A DNA stretch of 62,508 bases, the filler included, from Klebsormidium nitens (Eukaryota; Plantae; Klebsormidiophyceae): NCBI GenBank assembly GCA_000708835.1. It is 4 parts of 4 records of this genome, joined end to end, with 100 filler letters (N's around TTAATTAATTAA, not from the genome) between each part and the next. Parts side by side here need not be neighbours in the genome. Positions count along the whole stretch, not along the records: positions 33,518 to 49,268 come from DF237886.1; 3 more parts are not named here. The stretch is one strand, 5' to 3'. Below, piece by piece: positions 35,532 through 48,718 of the stretch. Every line of letters starts with the position of its first letter. Position 1 is the first letter of the stretch. A program made the translations under genes and the position numbers. The notes below the pieces were generated by a model that was not told where the DNA came from, did no database searches, and saw only the letters and a program-made list of their open reading frames with translations.

Positions 35532-38219
35532 GTCTTCTATATGTATCCAAAGTTGGCCGGAGCAATCAACAATTGCCTTGCCTTCAATACCCTCGACCAC
35601 TGGCAACTTCAAGTCTCACGTAAGCTGGGTGTTAAGATGGACAAACTGCGCCCACTGCTCTTCTTTATAGATTCACTTTTTCCGGTTTATCCCATTTGCG
35701 GGCATGAGCCTTTTGCTTGGCGTGTCGGATGATTTCCCCCGGTTTGCAAGTATCTAGCTTCTTTACAATTATCTTATCATTTGTACTGTTCGAGGAGTTT
35801 TTTGAATTTGCGATCCACACTCGGCCAATCTCGATGAGAGGAGCGCAGTCATGTGGACTGAAAATTAATGATTGCTACCATTGCCAAAAAATGCAAGGGT
35901 TGCTTGGCAACGAACCCAATCATCCGAGTCAAAAGGCCACCGCCCGCCCGCTTTGTAGTGTCAGGTTTTAAGGACATATGACGATTGGCCCAAAAATCGT
36001 TAAAGCATATTTGTAGAAGTATTTGTAGTAATGCCATGATAAGGCTTGACGTAGTGCACTTTTGGGAGTGCTTCCTCGTTTTACAAGTAGCACGATTGAC
36101 AAGCAAGGCGCTCGGCTTGTCGTGACGCCATTGCGCCTATTCTTAGGTCGTATGCAATATTATCTGTTGAGATTCGGGCCTTTAATGTGCGCAATGTCTC
36201 GGATGACGTCAACGAGAGTTCGACGATAACCGGTAGTTAGCGGTTGGCGCAAATGCGCGCGGATTACAGCGTTACACCCAAACGAGTTATTGTGATAAAC
36301 GTCGTAATCAATAGGTTCGATAACAGCCGTAGATATTCAGACCTGCGCAAAATGGACTTGCTCATCCGCGGTCAATTGAGCCTATCAGGCTATCAATCTA
36401 AACCTAGACTAGGAGTGTGATTCCACAAGAGTGAGTCTAGCATAGCACTCGGACTACATAGCTTCAGCGCTGCTAAACTCCGAGCACTCGATATGTTTTG
36501 AGTGACCTTGATCATCGAACATTCATTTCGAACAAAGCAGTGTTTCAACACATTGAGGCGCACCACGGCGCACCACGGCGCCTAGGGAATGAGGGCGCAA
36601 GCATTCAATAGTAGGCCTTCAGGAGGGTGTAAATTGAACATGTGCGCCAAGGTCGGCCAATGGTTCTCTCTTGCAAAGAAGGCATTGGTGAAAGCGATTT
36701 GCTTTATCGTCGATCCTCTTTGAGCTAAACGACATTTTAAAGCCCGTAAGCGGGATCAAGTGCCAATTAATCAAGCAAGTTCTTCACCTTGGTCCTGAGA
36801 AAGAGCGAAAGGGAACACAATCACGAAAATGGCCGACGGATACAAGATCCACATCAACGAGTTTGATGTGGCGAAGTATAGAATGTGAGTTCGAAAATCA
36901 AGTTTCTTTTCACTTCCAAGGATCTAAGGGATGGAGTTGAAGATGACGGAGCGCACCAAATTTGTCAGAGAAAGCGTCGTCCATCATCGGGCTAAACGTT
37001 GAGAACCACCTTCTATGGTTGATTAAGGCGTGCAAAAGCGCAAAGAAGGCGTGGGATCTCCTTGAGAAGATGTACAAGAGCAAAACCAATGCAAGTAAGA
37101 TGCAGCTCGTTCAAGAGTTGCATTCTCTTAAGATAATTCGGGTGAGCCCGTGATCACGTATGTGGGTCAGAGGATTTGTATAGAGACTTGTCTAACCGTT
37201 TGTCGCCACTGATTTTGAGATGAAGCCGGACAGCGTGCTTGCGAAATTGCCCAAGACGTTCAGTATCTTGAGAACAATCCTAGAGGCTTCAAAGAGCGCC
37301 ATTAGCTCGGTGGATGCCATTTTGCTACAACTCTGGTGCATGAGCAGTGGTTTGAGGAGTCGCTCAAGGCAAACGGCGGCGGAGGTCCGGACTCCGCTTT
37401 GGCCTATGTGGCCGGGCGGATAGAGGGCAAGGAGAAGGGCCACGGCAAAGATGAGAGCCGGGGCAAAAGGCCTCAAGTGCTACGATTTCGGTCACATTGC
37501 CCGGAAGTGCAGCAAGGTGGAGAAGCGAGAGCACAAGCCAGAGCAAAAGAAAGTGGGGAAACCTCCCAAGGGTTCTGCTTTTAGCGTCATTGAGGGGGTG
37601 TTCAACGACGAGTGGCTCGTTGAATCGGTAGCTCCCAACACCTAATCGAGTACAAAAAGTCTGGTCACTATGCAAAACGTGATGTATGTACCCGGGGTGG
37701 CGGAGAATTTGATGTCGGTGAGCAAGGCCATCGAGATTGCGTCAGTGTTGTTCACAGAGAACGGCAACTGCGAGCTTGAGGTTGACAGGGAGGTAGTCCT
37801 TGTTGCTCGCATAGTGAAGGGGCTCTACGTGGTCAACCGGGCAGAAAATGATGTGCGGGCCTTATGAAGAAGCCGGAAACGGCGGAGTTGTGGCACCGAC
37901 GGTTGAGACATGCCGGTTCGGAACAGTGAGCGAAAATGGTGCATAGCAACCTCGTCACGGGAAGGGGTCCGGGTGAAACCAAGTGCATTTACGGAGCTTA
38001 AAACCTTGGAGTGTGAGCTCTACGTAATAGGAAAGCAAACTAGGCTCCCCTTCCCGGAATCGGATTCGGTGAGCACGGAGCCTCTTGACTTAGCTAGTCC
38101 ACATCGACGTCTGCAGACCAGTGTTGGTAGCCTCGGTACTTTGCCACGTTTTGGACGACTACCCGGGCAAACTTGGTTGTAGTCCCCATGAAGCTGAAGA
38201 GCGAGGTGGCCAAAGTCAC

Positions 38220-41200
38220 TGTTGAGATTGGGTTAGATTTGTGTAGGTTTCACTCGTCATCGGGTCTTGCCGTGTTACTCGGCACTCATGGTCATCATTC
38301 CTTGATGGCAGCCATGCATCCAAAGAGGAACCCACGAAGCGGCTCACAATCGACTTCCTTCTCTACACAATCTTCTCCTGAAATGATGTATGACAATGTG
38401 TTTCTCCTTACTATTGTCTCACGGATCTCTCCTTCCACTGGGCTCACTAGCCTACTAGGCTCACTAGCCGAAGTCATACTTCACTTTCCGCCGAGCCATT
38501 CGGATCGAATCAACGTCCTCTACGGTTAGCGACGAAGTCCACAGTTTGAAAGTGCGAAGAGGACAATGCTCAGTAGAGTGAAATCTTTGCGCGAAAACTC
38601 TAATGGGGGATGAAAGGGTCCGACTTCTAGTGCGGAAGGAAGTCAAAACCCTTTCACCTGCTATTTGTTCAGAGCCTCTTCTAAATGAGGAACCTCGAAA
38701 ATGTAGGCAACAAATTCGAAAAAGTGTCCCGTAAAAGTGTACAGACAATCACAAAAGTGCAGGTTTTCAACTTTTGGCCGCAATCGGAAGACGTCGACCC
38801 CTGCAAGCATTCAAAACATGAAGAAAATGGAAAAAGTGGAGGCTACATTTTCATCTTATGATGTTCAAGAAGGCAATGTGATGGTTGGTTTCCAGAAAAT
38901 GGGAGCAGGAAAGCCACAATAGAAGTGGGACCTGATATCCTTGAATTAGGGTTCGCGCAGCTCAGCTTAGCTAAGCTCAGCTGACCTAGCTGAGCTCGAC
39001 TTCTACCCGGGCTTCACCCGGGGACCAGGTTTGTCGAGTGCGGCAGTATGCGCGAGAATATCAACCGATTGCGACCGGGGAAACTCGCTTGATTCCGTGA
39101 GCCACAGCCAGACCGGAAAGTGACGTAAGTCACACACTACTAGCCTCACTAGTCTAGATCACAATTACATTCTAACTGTGCCGCACGACTACTCATCTAC
39201 GGCTCACACTGATGGTCCTCTTAACCGCCTAACCTCTCTGCACGCACGTCGGCGTTCACTGAATCTAACCCCTAACTCGGTTCGAATCCCAATCACAAGA
39301 ATCCGGCTAACCATAATCACCGTGTTCCAACACTCCAACTCAAATGGATTACTCTAGCTTCTAACCCGTCTTCATGTTCTTCATGCGGGCCGCCTTCTTC
39401 TTCTTCGGCGTCATCCACGCTCTCCCGACTCGCTACTCCCGATCTCTGGGTAGCTCACTGCGCGACGCTCCCCTCCAACGACTTCTTCTTGGCTCCGTGC
39501 TCCGGCTTCAGCTACCACGGCTTCCTTGTTGCTCCCACTACTGCCCGGTACCACTTGGCAGGCTCCCGTCTAACTCTAGCGGGGTATTTCGTCACATCTG
39601 GCGACTCCACAGGCTTCCTAGCCTCTTGGCGCTCCATCTCCGATTCTTCCACAGTTCCACTTCTGGAATCACTATCTAATTGCTCGCGCCGAAGTCTTCC
39701 ACGCATCCGCGCCCAACTTCCGATACGTGCCCGTGCACGCCATTTATTGGATCTTGCGCGCCAACACCTTCCCGGGTCTTATCCGGCTCCCCGGTGCTCT
39801 CGATCTCGTCTTCCGACTCCTCAAGATCGACTTCCACGACCTTCACCGTCTCCTTTACCACGCTGTCCGCTCTCACCGGCCGCTTTGCCACGGCGGTCTC
39901 CCAGTTCTTCTTGACCGGTCCCCTCGCAAGGAATGCTTTCTGCTTCCCACGGTCGCGATCCCTCAGAGCGTGCCGAACCTCCCTCAAGGTTACCGTGCTT
40001 ACACCGCTCGGGGTCTTACACCTTAGCTCAACTGCTCCAATCCCCAATACTTTTAGGGACTCCACAATGATCTCCTCCTCACGCACAAGCTTGCTATAGC
40101 TCGTGCATTGGCTCCGATCAGCCGTGACGTACCGGGTGCTGCCGGAATCGACTATCCACACCCTTTCTCTGCATATCCTCGTTGTCCACCCATGCCGTAA
40201 AGGCCGCTTTCACAACTTCTTGCTCCTCCTTCTACGCCGCCTCTTGCGTTCGTACGGTGCCCTCTTCTTCCGCACTTGCGACACTCCGCATTGCGCAACC
40301 TGCACGACGCCTGGTTATGGCTCGTGTGGCCACAACAATAGCACGTTGGGGGATTTGAGCTTCCGCCCCTCACCTCCGAGCTTCTTCCCAACTCGTTTGA
40401 GCTTCCCCGGCTGTTCCCTAAGCACGGGTAGCTCCTTAAGTTGGCTACATATGCCGACGCCAACTCGAAATCTCCACTCTCCGCCTGCGTGGCCTTGCTC
40501 TTTGCTTGTAGCGCTTGCTTCCGCTGCATGGGCTTAGATTGCACGGTATCTAGATTCGCCTCATCATCCCCGGCTTCTAGGATCTCCGGTAGGGTTTCAT
40601 GCCCCTTTTGCAGCCCCCTTAATGCATGCACTACCAGCTGCAAATCAGACACGGTCTGGCCCGTTGCCTCGAAGTCTATATTGAACTCACGAAACTCCCG
40701 AAGATACTCCGCAATGCTCTGCTTCTCTCCAGACCCTAGGTGGTCAGTTTATCCATGCGTTGACCAACACTTGCATTGCTCGATGTCTCAAAGTTCCGCT
40801 TTAACTTTTCCCATGCCTTTGCTGCAGTGGGCTCTCCACAATCAGCTTCACGAAGGCATCTGAGTATGCAGGATCATCCGCGCCTTTGCTTGCCGTGATG
40901 CTGGGCCTCCCCTCTGCAGACTCCGGTTGCTCAATAGCCACAAAAAGGACCTTGTGCTCTATAAGCGTCTGAAAGTTGGCCTTCCATATTGACCAATTTC
41001 CCCCCTCCATTGCGGGATTGAGACCTTTTCAACGCCCACCATTCTCGTACACAAAATCAGCTTTTACACAAGACGGTTGCCTCCGTCCCTTGTGGACTTT
41101 GGTCTTATCTTCGTGGTAGTGGGCCCATAACTTGTTGAGATTGGGCTAGATTTGTGTAGGTTTCACTCGTCGTCGGGTCTTATCGTGGTACTCGGCCCTC

Positions 41201-41596
41201 ATGCTCATTACTCATTGATGGCAGCCATGCATCCCACGAGGAACACACGAAGCGGGCTCACAAGCGGCTTCCTTCTCTCCACAAACTTCTCAGGCTTAGA
41301 ACAATGTATGACAATATTGTTTCTCCTTACTATTGTCCCACGGATCTCTCCTTCCACTGGGCTCACTAGCCTATTGGGCTCACTAGCCAAAGTCACACAC
41401 TACTAGCCTCACTAGCCTAGATCAATCTCATACTCTAACTGTGCCGTACGATTACTCATCTACGGCTCACACTGACGGTCCTCTCAACCGCCTAACCTCT
41501 CTGCACGCACGTCGGCGTTCACTAAGTCCTAAACACTAACTAGCTTCGAACCCTAGTCACAAGAATCCGGCTAACCATAATCACCGAATTCCAACA
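38220..41596 (-). mobile_element. Internally deleted Ty1/copia element 3 (family Z) nested in the element 2 integrase, TSD GTCAC
   Basis: GTCAC lies at 38215-38219 and 41597-41601. LTRs are at 41133-41596 and 38220-39332, with PBS AGTTATGGGCCCA at 41132-41120. Gag reads MEGGNWSIWKANFQTLIEHK, with two zinc knuckles and protease WIVDSGST. No integrase core, RT or RNase H is present. Confidence 0.95.
38477..39127. mobile_element. 651-bp non-coding TIR element (MITE-like) with 14-bp TIRs and a 5-bp TSD AGTCA
   Basis: The left TIR TACTTCACTTTCCG (38477-38490) matches the reverse complement of the right TIR CGGAAAGTGACGTA (39114-39127) at 13/14 positions. AGTCA lies at 38472-38476 and 39128-39132. 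The sister LTR at ~41390 is the empty site. Confidence 0.88.
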
Positions 41597-42469
41597 GTCA
41601 CTAAGCACATGATCAACCTGATGAAGTTGCAATTGGGGAAGAAGCTCAAGTCGGTGCGGACGGACCGAAGTAAGGAGTACGTCAACAAAGCCCTTGAAAA
41701 CGTTAACCGAGGCACGGGGACGATTCACTAGAAAACCGCCCCTCACAGTGCCGAGCAAAACGGGTCGGCGGAACGGCTTCACCGGAGTTTGGAAGAGAAG
41801 ACCCGGGCAATGCTTGAGGACTTAGGTTTGCCAGAATAGTTGTGAGCGGAAGCCGCTGTGACGGCCAACTACACCCGGAATCGGACGCCCGTGTGCGCCC
41901 GGGGGAGGACCCCCTGGGAGGCGTTCTTTGATGAAATACCGGCGGATGTCGGGCATATGAGGGTTTTAACGGACGTTTCACCACGTCCCTAAACAGCGGG
42001 TACGTAAGCTAGATTTAGTGAGCGAGCGATGTGTATTCGTGGTGTACGAGCCGGACACGAAAGCCTATAGGTTGCTCTGGGACTGTGACTCATGGAAGCT
42101 TATCATCTCCCAGGACGTCATCTTTGACGAGGGGATCGGGAGATGGGGAGATGGGGTTGTCGAGCTTGGCTCCGACCCCACGGATGGTTCCCAGACGGCG
42201 GAGGGTTACGGCGCACAGGTTCACACTGTTAGAAGTAGTAACGCGCTGCACTCGGGCTACACTTGCGCCAGTTAATACTTCTAACAAAAATGCGTGATCG
42301 GACTGGATTCGATTCCCAGCGAGAACGAAAAGTTTTGCGGCTGGCTGCGCAAAAAGGTTGCCCCGGTGTTGAAAGTGATAGTGGGTTAGGCGGCCAAATT
42401 GTTGGTTTAGGCCGTGGATACTAGCTAGTTAGCTAGGGTAGTAGAGACCGCACGATGTCAGGTTCTTAC

Positions 42470-45400
42470 TTAATGTGAGCCGTTCGATGGGTTCTTTTGC
42501 TGGAAAATACGTTGGGCTTGAGCTAGGCTTTATGACTTGAGCTAATATCAAAAGAACCAAACTCATTCTTGGGGAAATGCTTGTAAGAGAGGAAGGCGCT
42601 CCCTAGTCAAGACGCTTGTATTTGAAGGAGAGTTTAAAGAGCCTATGTTGTTACTTGAGCATGAGTTCAAATGCGATTTGAACACACACGGGCGGCCCAT
42701 GATGAGGGGCCAAAAGTTTGAATCGGTACGCGAGAGCAACGCGGCCGCGGGCGCACATGATCGGCGGCCGCGCCGCGCGCCTTCATAAACGGGCCGCAAA
42801 GTGGGTGGCAAGTTTGACACTGTGCGCGAGACTAAGACCAGTGCAAAGCCGGAAAGAGATAGACGAGAATATCGGAATGCAAACACTGGCTTCTCAGTAG
42901 TACACCGTGCGTGAGAGATGCGCACCGGGGCAGTGGTACCGCGCAGCTAACTTAGCGGCGGAACCAAAGGCGGGAGAGCACCCTAAAGGGACGCCGGGGT
43001 CCGAGCACTCAGAACCGCCGACCTATCAGGAAGCGGCCGTAGGGGGAGAAGAGAGTGAACTATCCAGCAGAAGTCGATGGACGGGGAGATGCTATCTAAG
43101 TTGTTGAAGAACGGGATCTGGGAGCCCGTCGAAAAGCCGGAAGGGGTGTTCAGCCGGTTCCCATCAAGTGGGTTTACAAAATCAAGCGAGACGCTCTCGG
43201 AATTGTGAAGCGGTACAAGTTCCGGCTGATGGTGAAAGGGGATCTGCCAAAGTAGGACGTTGACTTTGAGGAAGTCTACGCCCGGGAGAGCAACTTCACA
43301 CCCCATTTCGTGCATTATTGGCAGTGGTCGCGGAGCGCGACGTAAAGCTGCATCAGTTGGACGTTAAGACGGCGTTCCTCCCTGGGGAGCTAGGGGACGA
43401 GATCTACACGTAGCAGCCGCAGGGATACGAGCAAGGTGGACCCAACATGGTACAGTGCCAGCTTAAGCGCACCGTGATACGGGTTGCGCCAGGCGCCGCG
43501 TGCATAGCATATGCGCCTAAAGAAGGAGCTCGGGAACTTTGAGTTGGTGGCGTCAATGGCGGACGCGGCGCTCTTCACGGGAATAGTAGCCGGGAAGCGG
43601 GTCTACCTAGTAATGTGGGTGGACGACATAGACTAGGTAGTGGCGGCCTGTGGAGCTCGGACCATTGCGAAAGCACAGGCGCATAAGTAGGGGAGTAATT
43701 TAGCGTGCGGCGCGACTTGGGAGAAGCGAAATAGACTATAGTTCCTTGGCATGGAGCTGACGCGCGATAGGGAGGCCCGCACCCTGAAGCTAACCTAATT
43801 GAGGCTGACCGTCAAGAGAGCTAGTCGGACGGTACGGACTTGCGAGCGCTCGTGCTCGCAGCTCTCGGAACCGAAGACAAGTTGACGAAAGAGGGTGAGC
43901 CCCTCGACACAAAGCGGTTTCCCTACAGTGAGTGCGTGGGGAGCCTGTTGTACTTGAGTGTGTGCACTAGGCCCGACGTTGCACAGGCAGTGGGCGCCCT
44001 TGCGAGCTTGGCATGGCGGGGCCGACGGAGGAGCACTAGCGGGCGCCGCTTGAAGTTGTGCGCTACCGAGCGGGTACCGCAAAGGACGGGGTAACCTTTG
44101 GGGGGAGCGGAGAGACTCTCATCCCCACATTGCGACGCAGTTTACACGGGTGACGTGAACACGAAGCGGTCCAAAACGGGATACGTCTTCCTAATGTTAG
44201 GGGGCGGTAAGCTGGTTGAGCATTGAGGCAGCATCCAACGGTGGCGGTCTCGACAGTAGAGGCGGAGTATGTGAGCGTAGCGCAAGCGGTAAAGGAGGCC
44301 CCTGTGGTTCCGCAAGCTCGGGGGAGATCTCGGGTTGGAACTAACGGGGGACGGTCCAGATCTACTGTGACAAGTTGAAGCTTGCAACACGGCTCTTGAA
44401 GCACCCTGGTCGCTTCACACCGGTCGGCGAAGCACACAGTGGACGGGAATCATCACTCTGCACGGGAGCGTGTGGCACGCGAGGAGGTCGCGTTCTCATA
44501 CGACACTGACGGAGGACATGAAGGCGGACATCATGACCAAAGCGTTGGCACTGGGGTGGTCAAAAAGTGCAGGCCTTGAGGGAGGAATTGTATATAAATC
44601 ATTAGTGTGTCCACGGAGGAGTGTTGATATTTGGGCAGTTAATGTGCATGATCTTTTGGGTGACGTCGATAGGAGTTCGACGATAACCTATAGTTAGCAG
44701 TTGACGGTTCAAATCCCCGGCGCGGGTTACAGCGTTACACCCGAAGAATTCAGTTGAGGAACCGCCGTAATCTTGATAGGTTCGATCATAGCCGTAGATT
44801 TTTAGATTTGCGCAAAAAATTTGGACTTGCTTATCCGCGGTGGGCCTGAGCCTACTATGCTATCAGTATAGATGCAGACTAGGAGTGCCAACGTGCTCCA
44901 ATCAGAGCATCAGGCTGCCACGACTTCCCTTTAGTCCAGCGTCCAAGCTAGTCACGCGAGGACGCGTGTGGTTTTAAGGTGGGGGTGAGGTAATAGCTGT
45001 TAGCTCAAAAGTTCAGGCTACCGTGATTCCACTTGAGTGGGGCTAGCTCATAGCACACCGACTACATAGCTTTAGCGCCGCTAGACTCCGAACACTCGAT
45101 ATGTTTTGTGTGAACTTGATCACTCAATCATTCATTGCCAACAACGCCATGTTTCAATATGCTGTATTGTATGGTGCCGCAACCTGAGTCACTACCACGG
45201 CACTTCAGTATGATACATGAGAGATGAACTCTTGCCATGACCCGCACCTTTGATCCGATGGCTGGCGGCAAAGTTCAACATTGTAGCAATCAAAGACCCA
45301 GCTAAAGCTTAGCTAAAATCGTGTGGCTGAGGCCGTTGATATTGAATAAGGCCCTAGCTGGAGTTGATATGAGCCTTTCGGTCCATCTACTAGGGGCCCG

Positions 45401-46670
45401 GAGTGGTCGACTGGTCAACGGATGGTAACCGTACAAATTTCGGGGCCAACAAGGCCTTACTTTTCCCATTCGATCTAGAACGTAGGCCGCTCAAAAGTGC
45501 TATTTTAGGCCCCGACCGGGTCTTTTTGGCTGCAACTTTCAAGTCATAGTGGTTTTCCAACGGCTAGTAGGAGAAGAAATTAACTCGGATTCTCGGAGTC
45601 CGAGGAACTGAGTTGGAAGTTCTCAAGCATTATAAGTAGATTTGCGGCCTTGTATAAGTGCTCCAAGGAACTTTCAATAATCTATCTGATGTTATTTATT
45701 GGAGAAAAGAAAATAAGTGAAAAACCACCCCCTCAAACTGATTGGTGCGGCGAGGGCCGATCCGTGTGCGCGAAAGCCCATATTGACTTTGCGTGGCCTG
45801 AAGTTCTGGACATTGGACTGCCCTCCAACTGGCACCAACCGTTCAAGATACCATGTTGTGACAATAGACCCTTCTTGAGCACTTCAATTGTCATGACTCA
45901 GTGCTTCTGCGCGCAAGGCATGTGGCCAATACGTCTGGCACCGTGTTCGCCCCTGGCAATCAAGTTCTTACCAAAAGACTTTCAGTGAGGCCTAGGGTTT
46001 TGGGAGCACACATGGTTCGAAAACCAAGGCTTGGCACCCAACGCCGTAATCCAGAGATTGATTAAAGGGCATCCAAGTTTCAACATACCATGTTGTAAAG
46101 GAGCGCAATTGCTCGAACCATGAATATGTTAAGATACGGGGGTTCTTTGACGGCCAGATTGTGATAGAGTTAGTAGGTGGGAATAGTCGAAGGGTAAAGT
46201 TTGCTCTATTTCCATATGTTAGTGTTGGGAGGTACTAGCCTTGTGTACGCTCTAATGTCTTGTGCTTGAGTCGTCCATGGAAGCGTAGGTTTGATGCATA
46301 AGGTCGGCCGTACCATTGTGAGCTTGCATGATTTGAATATCCAACGTAGGATGCGCGAAAAGTGAGCCGTAGGATTGAGTCCATTGTGAAAGGGTTCTTT
46401 TGTGATGTGTACTTCGGTGTAGCCGTTCGATGGGTTCTTCATAGGCCCACGACGAATACGGACCGTCGATTTGTCGATTGAAACACCTAGGGTTAATGCT
46501 AGACTTGAGCTAGGCTATAAGACTTGGACTACATGTAAAGAACCCAACTCATTCATACCAAGCTAGATGCTTGGTGAGAGTTAGGGCGCTCCTTTTGTGA
46601 AGGCGCTTGTGTGTGAGGGTGATTAAATCCCTCGTAGGATCCAAGCATGAGCATATAATTTCAACAGAAT
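42470..46670. repeat. Dispersed degenerate repeat: 42470-42690 is homologous to 46420-46670
   Basis: Both regions share the blocks gccgttcgatgggttctt, cttgagctaggct, aactcattc, gatgctt...gagag...ggcgctcc and agcatgag in the same order. No product recognised. Confidence 0.7.
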
Positions 46671-48718
46671 ATGTTTCTGATTGTCCATAGCAAAAAAAAA
46701 AGTTCTCAATTGAAAGCTTATGCAAGGATACTTTGTGCCAAACATCCTTGCCACTGCCGCAAATTGCTCTCTGTGCATTCGTTAGCCTTCCATGGCCACT
46801 TTCGATCTAGCGAACGAATGCCAAAATACAAATCCGTGCACCGATTGGCAAATCCGATTGGCAATCCAATGGCATCGGATTGTTCAGCAATCGGATTGCC
46901 GCCATGATGTTCTCTTTTCAAAGCGCCGTAGTCACATGGACCATAGGCTTCCATGGCATACTATATGGTTTAGTATTGTTTGAGCTTTGAACGTCTAGCC
47001 ACTCTACCGAATCCAACGTACTCGTGCATGCTGCCCTAGTCCAACCTAGCCTGGCAACAACCTATCAACGGACGTCGTCACATTTAGCAGACCACGCGCG
47101 AGCCTAAACTACTACTCTATCATTAGCAACAGGCTCGCAGATCGTCGGAGCTATGGTTGGCACTAGCTGTAGCGGGCGGTGAGTCTCGGAAGGAATGTAG
47201 ACCGCAGAAGCGCGCATACTGAGCTTTGACAAAGTATTGGTACATGTGCATCATGACGCCCCTTAAAAAACCCCTACCCCGTTCTTCGTAGCTTAGGAGA
47301 TCTTTTCTCTTGGAGGGGAAATTGGTACCGACATGATACACATGTAGGATACCCTAGCTTGAGGCATGTTGTGCGAGGACAACCAGAAGTGCCAGTGCCT
47401 ACAAAAGTTGTCGGAGAGAAACCGGCAGAGGTTTCATGTGCCTCCGAGCAGGGCCAATGTGCGAAAGTTCCAATGCAAAGTTCAAGGCCTACGACATTCA
47501 AGCTATGACGGATCCGATTGGCAATGCAATGATTATTCAAAAACCCATAGGTGCGCCGCCACCAATTGGCATCATCCGGGCATGGCTTATTTCGTCAATT
47601 GTACGCCGCTCCAGACGGTAAAATGCTGCCCGTTTCGTCAAAAGTCGGACTCTATTCAATGATTGGTCGAACCTAGGCCATCGATGTCCAGTTATAGGTG
47701 GTGTAAAGTCGGGCATGATTACACGCATACATACATGGATGCACCATGGATGCACTTCATAACTAATTGGCCTAGGATGAGTGCGTACAAGTGTGCCGCG
47801 TGCATACGTCATTACCAACAATGGCACGTGTTACTCACATTATGAGACGCCTTGGCCTTGTGGAATCATCAAAATCTAACTGATATGCCTCTTTAGTAAT
47901 TGATTTTAAGCTACTATGGTCTCAATTTTGAGCTCTGTCCAATCAGACCTTATACATAAACGGCCGATTGTGTTCATCACCTTCAGCGCAACTTAGGACT
48001 ACTTATCTGCGGGATTTGCTATGTCACTTCCGACCTGTTTTTCCTTGGCTTGTCCTCGAATAGGCAAACACCAAATTCATCCGGACATTAACCTGCAAAA
48101 TGTTATCAGTGGCACATACCATCAACGACTATCCCCGCCACTATTGAACTTCTATGCCGTACTTTGCGCTATACTAGTGCATACCAAGGAGCTGCTACAG
48201 CAAATGGCCGAATGATGAGAGTTGAGCCCAAGCGATGGACGTATCTCTTTCGCTGCCCAATGCACTAGCTAATGAATAGAACCACAACTGATGGGCTCAC
48301 GCCTTGTTGGCACCACAGCTATTGACAACTTGCATTCTACAATAGGCCTACCCACAGTAAGGAAAGGCTCAACTCGAGAGAACCTCGGCTTCTAGAAGCT
48401 CCGCGTCCAAACGCTCCACCTGGACGGCCGCGAGCACTACGATTGGCAGCCTGTGCATCCAACAAGTAAGGGCAGTGGGCGGTTGCAACGGCGTTGTCAC
48501 TCTACCTTCTTGCAGCTCTTCACCGTCTCTTTCAACAACTAACCAAGGACTTGCACCCTCGACAGAGCGCGTGACCGGTATTCTGGAGCGAAGCTCCTTG
48601 TTTGGTTGTCAATACAATGGCCACCTCCCAAGGTCTGGGCTCCGCCTAAGGTACTCTACAGTGCTGCACTCTTTACACGACCGTTGATCCTATCAGCGCG
48701 ACCTTCCTTGCTCCACCT

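Larger units (their letters stand above)
36165..45159 (+). mobile_element. Degenerate Ty1/copia element 2 (family X), interrupted by nested insertions
   Basis: 5' LTR at 36165-36550 and gag ATG at 36829. Motifs: zinc knuckle KCYDFGHIARKC, LWHRRLRH pre-integrase, integrase VRTD split at 38219/41597, RT (PIKWVYKIK, HQLDVKTAFL, WVDD at 43616-43627) and RNase H ADIMTKAL. The purine tract GGAGGAG precedes the 3' LTR at 44622-45159. There are many stops and frameshifts, and no matching TSD. Confidence 0.92.

Noticed and set aside
39279-39292. GGTTCGAATCCC T-loop-like word (also GGTTCAAATCCC near 44706)
   Set aside because: Both lie inside LTRs, are not conserved in the sister LTRs and have no cloverleaf.
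36165-45159. Element 2 as an intact, recent insertion
   Set aside because: Flanks TTATC and TGCTG do not match, the LTRs are clearly diverged and the ORFs are broken; it may be a recombinant.
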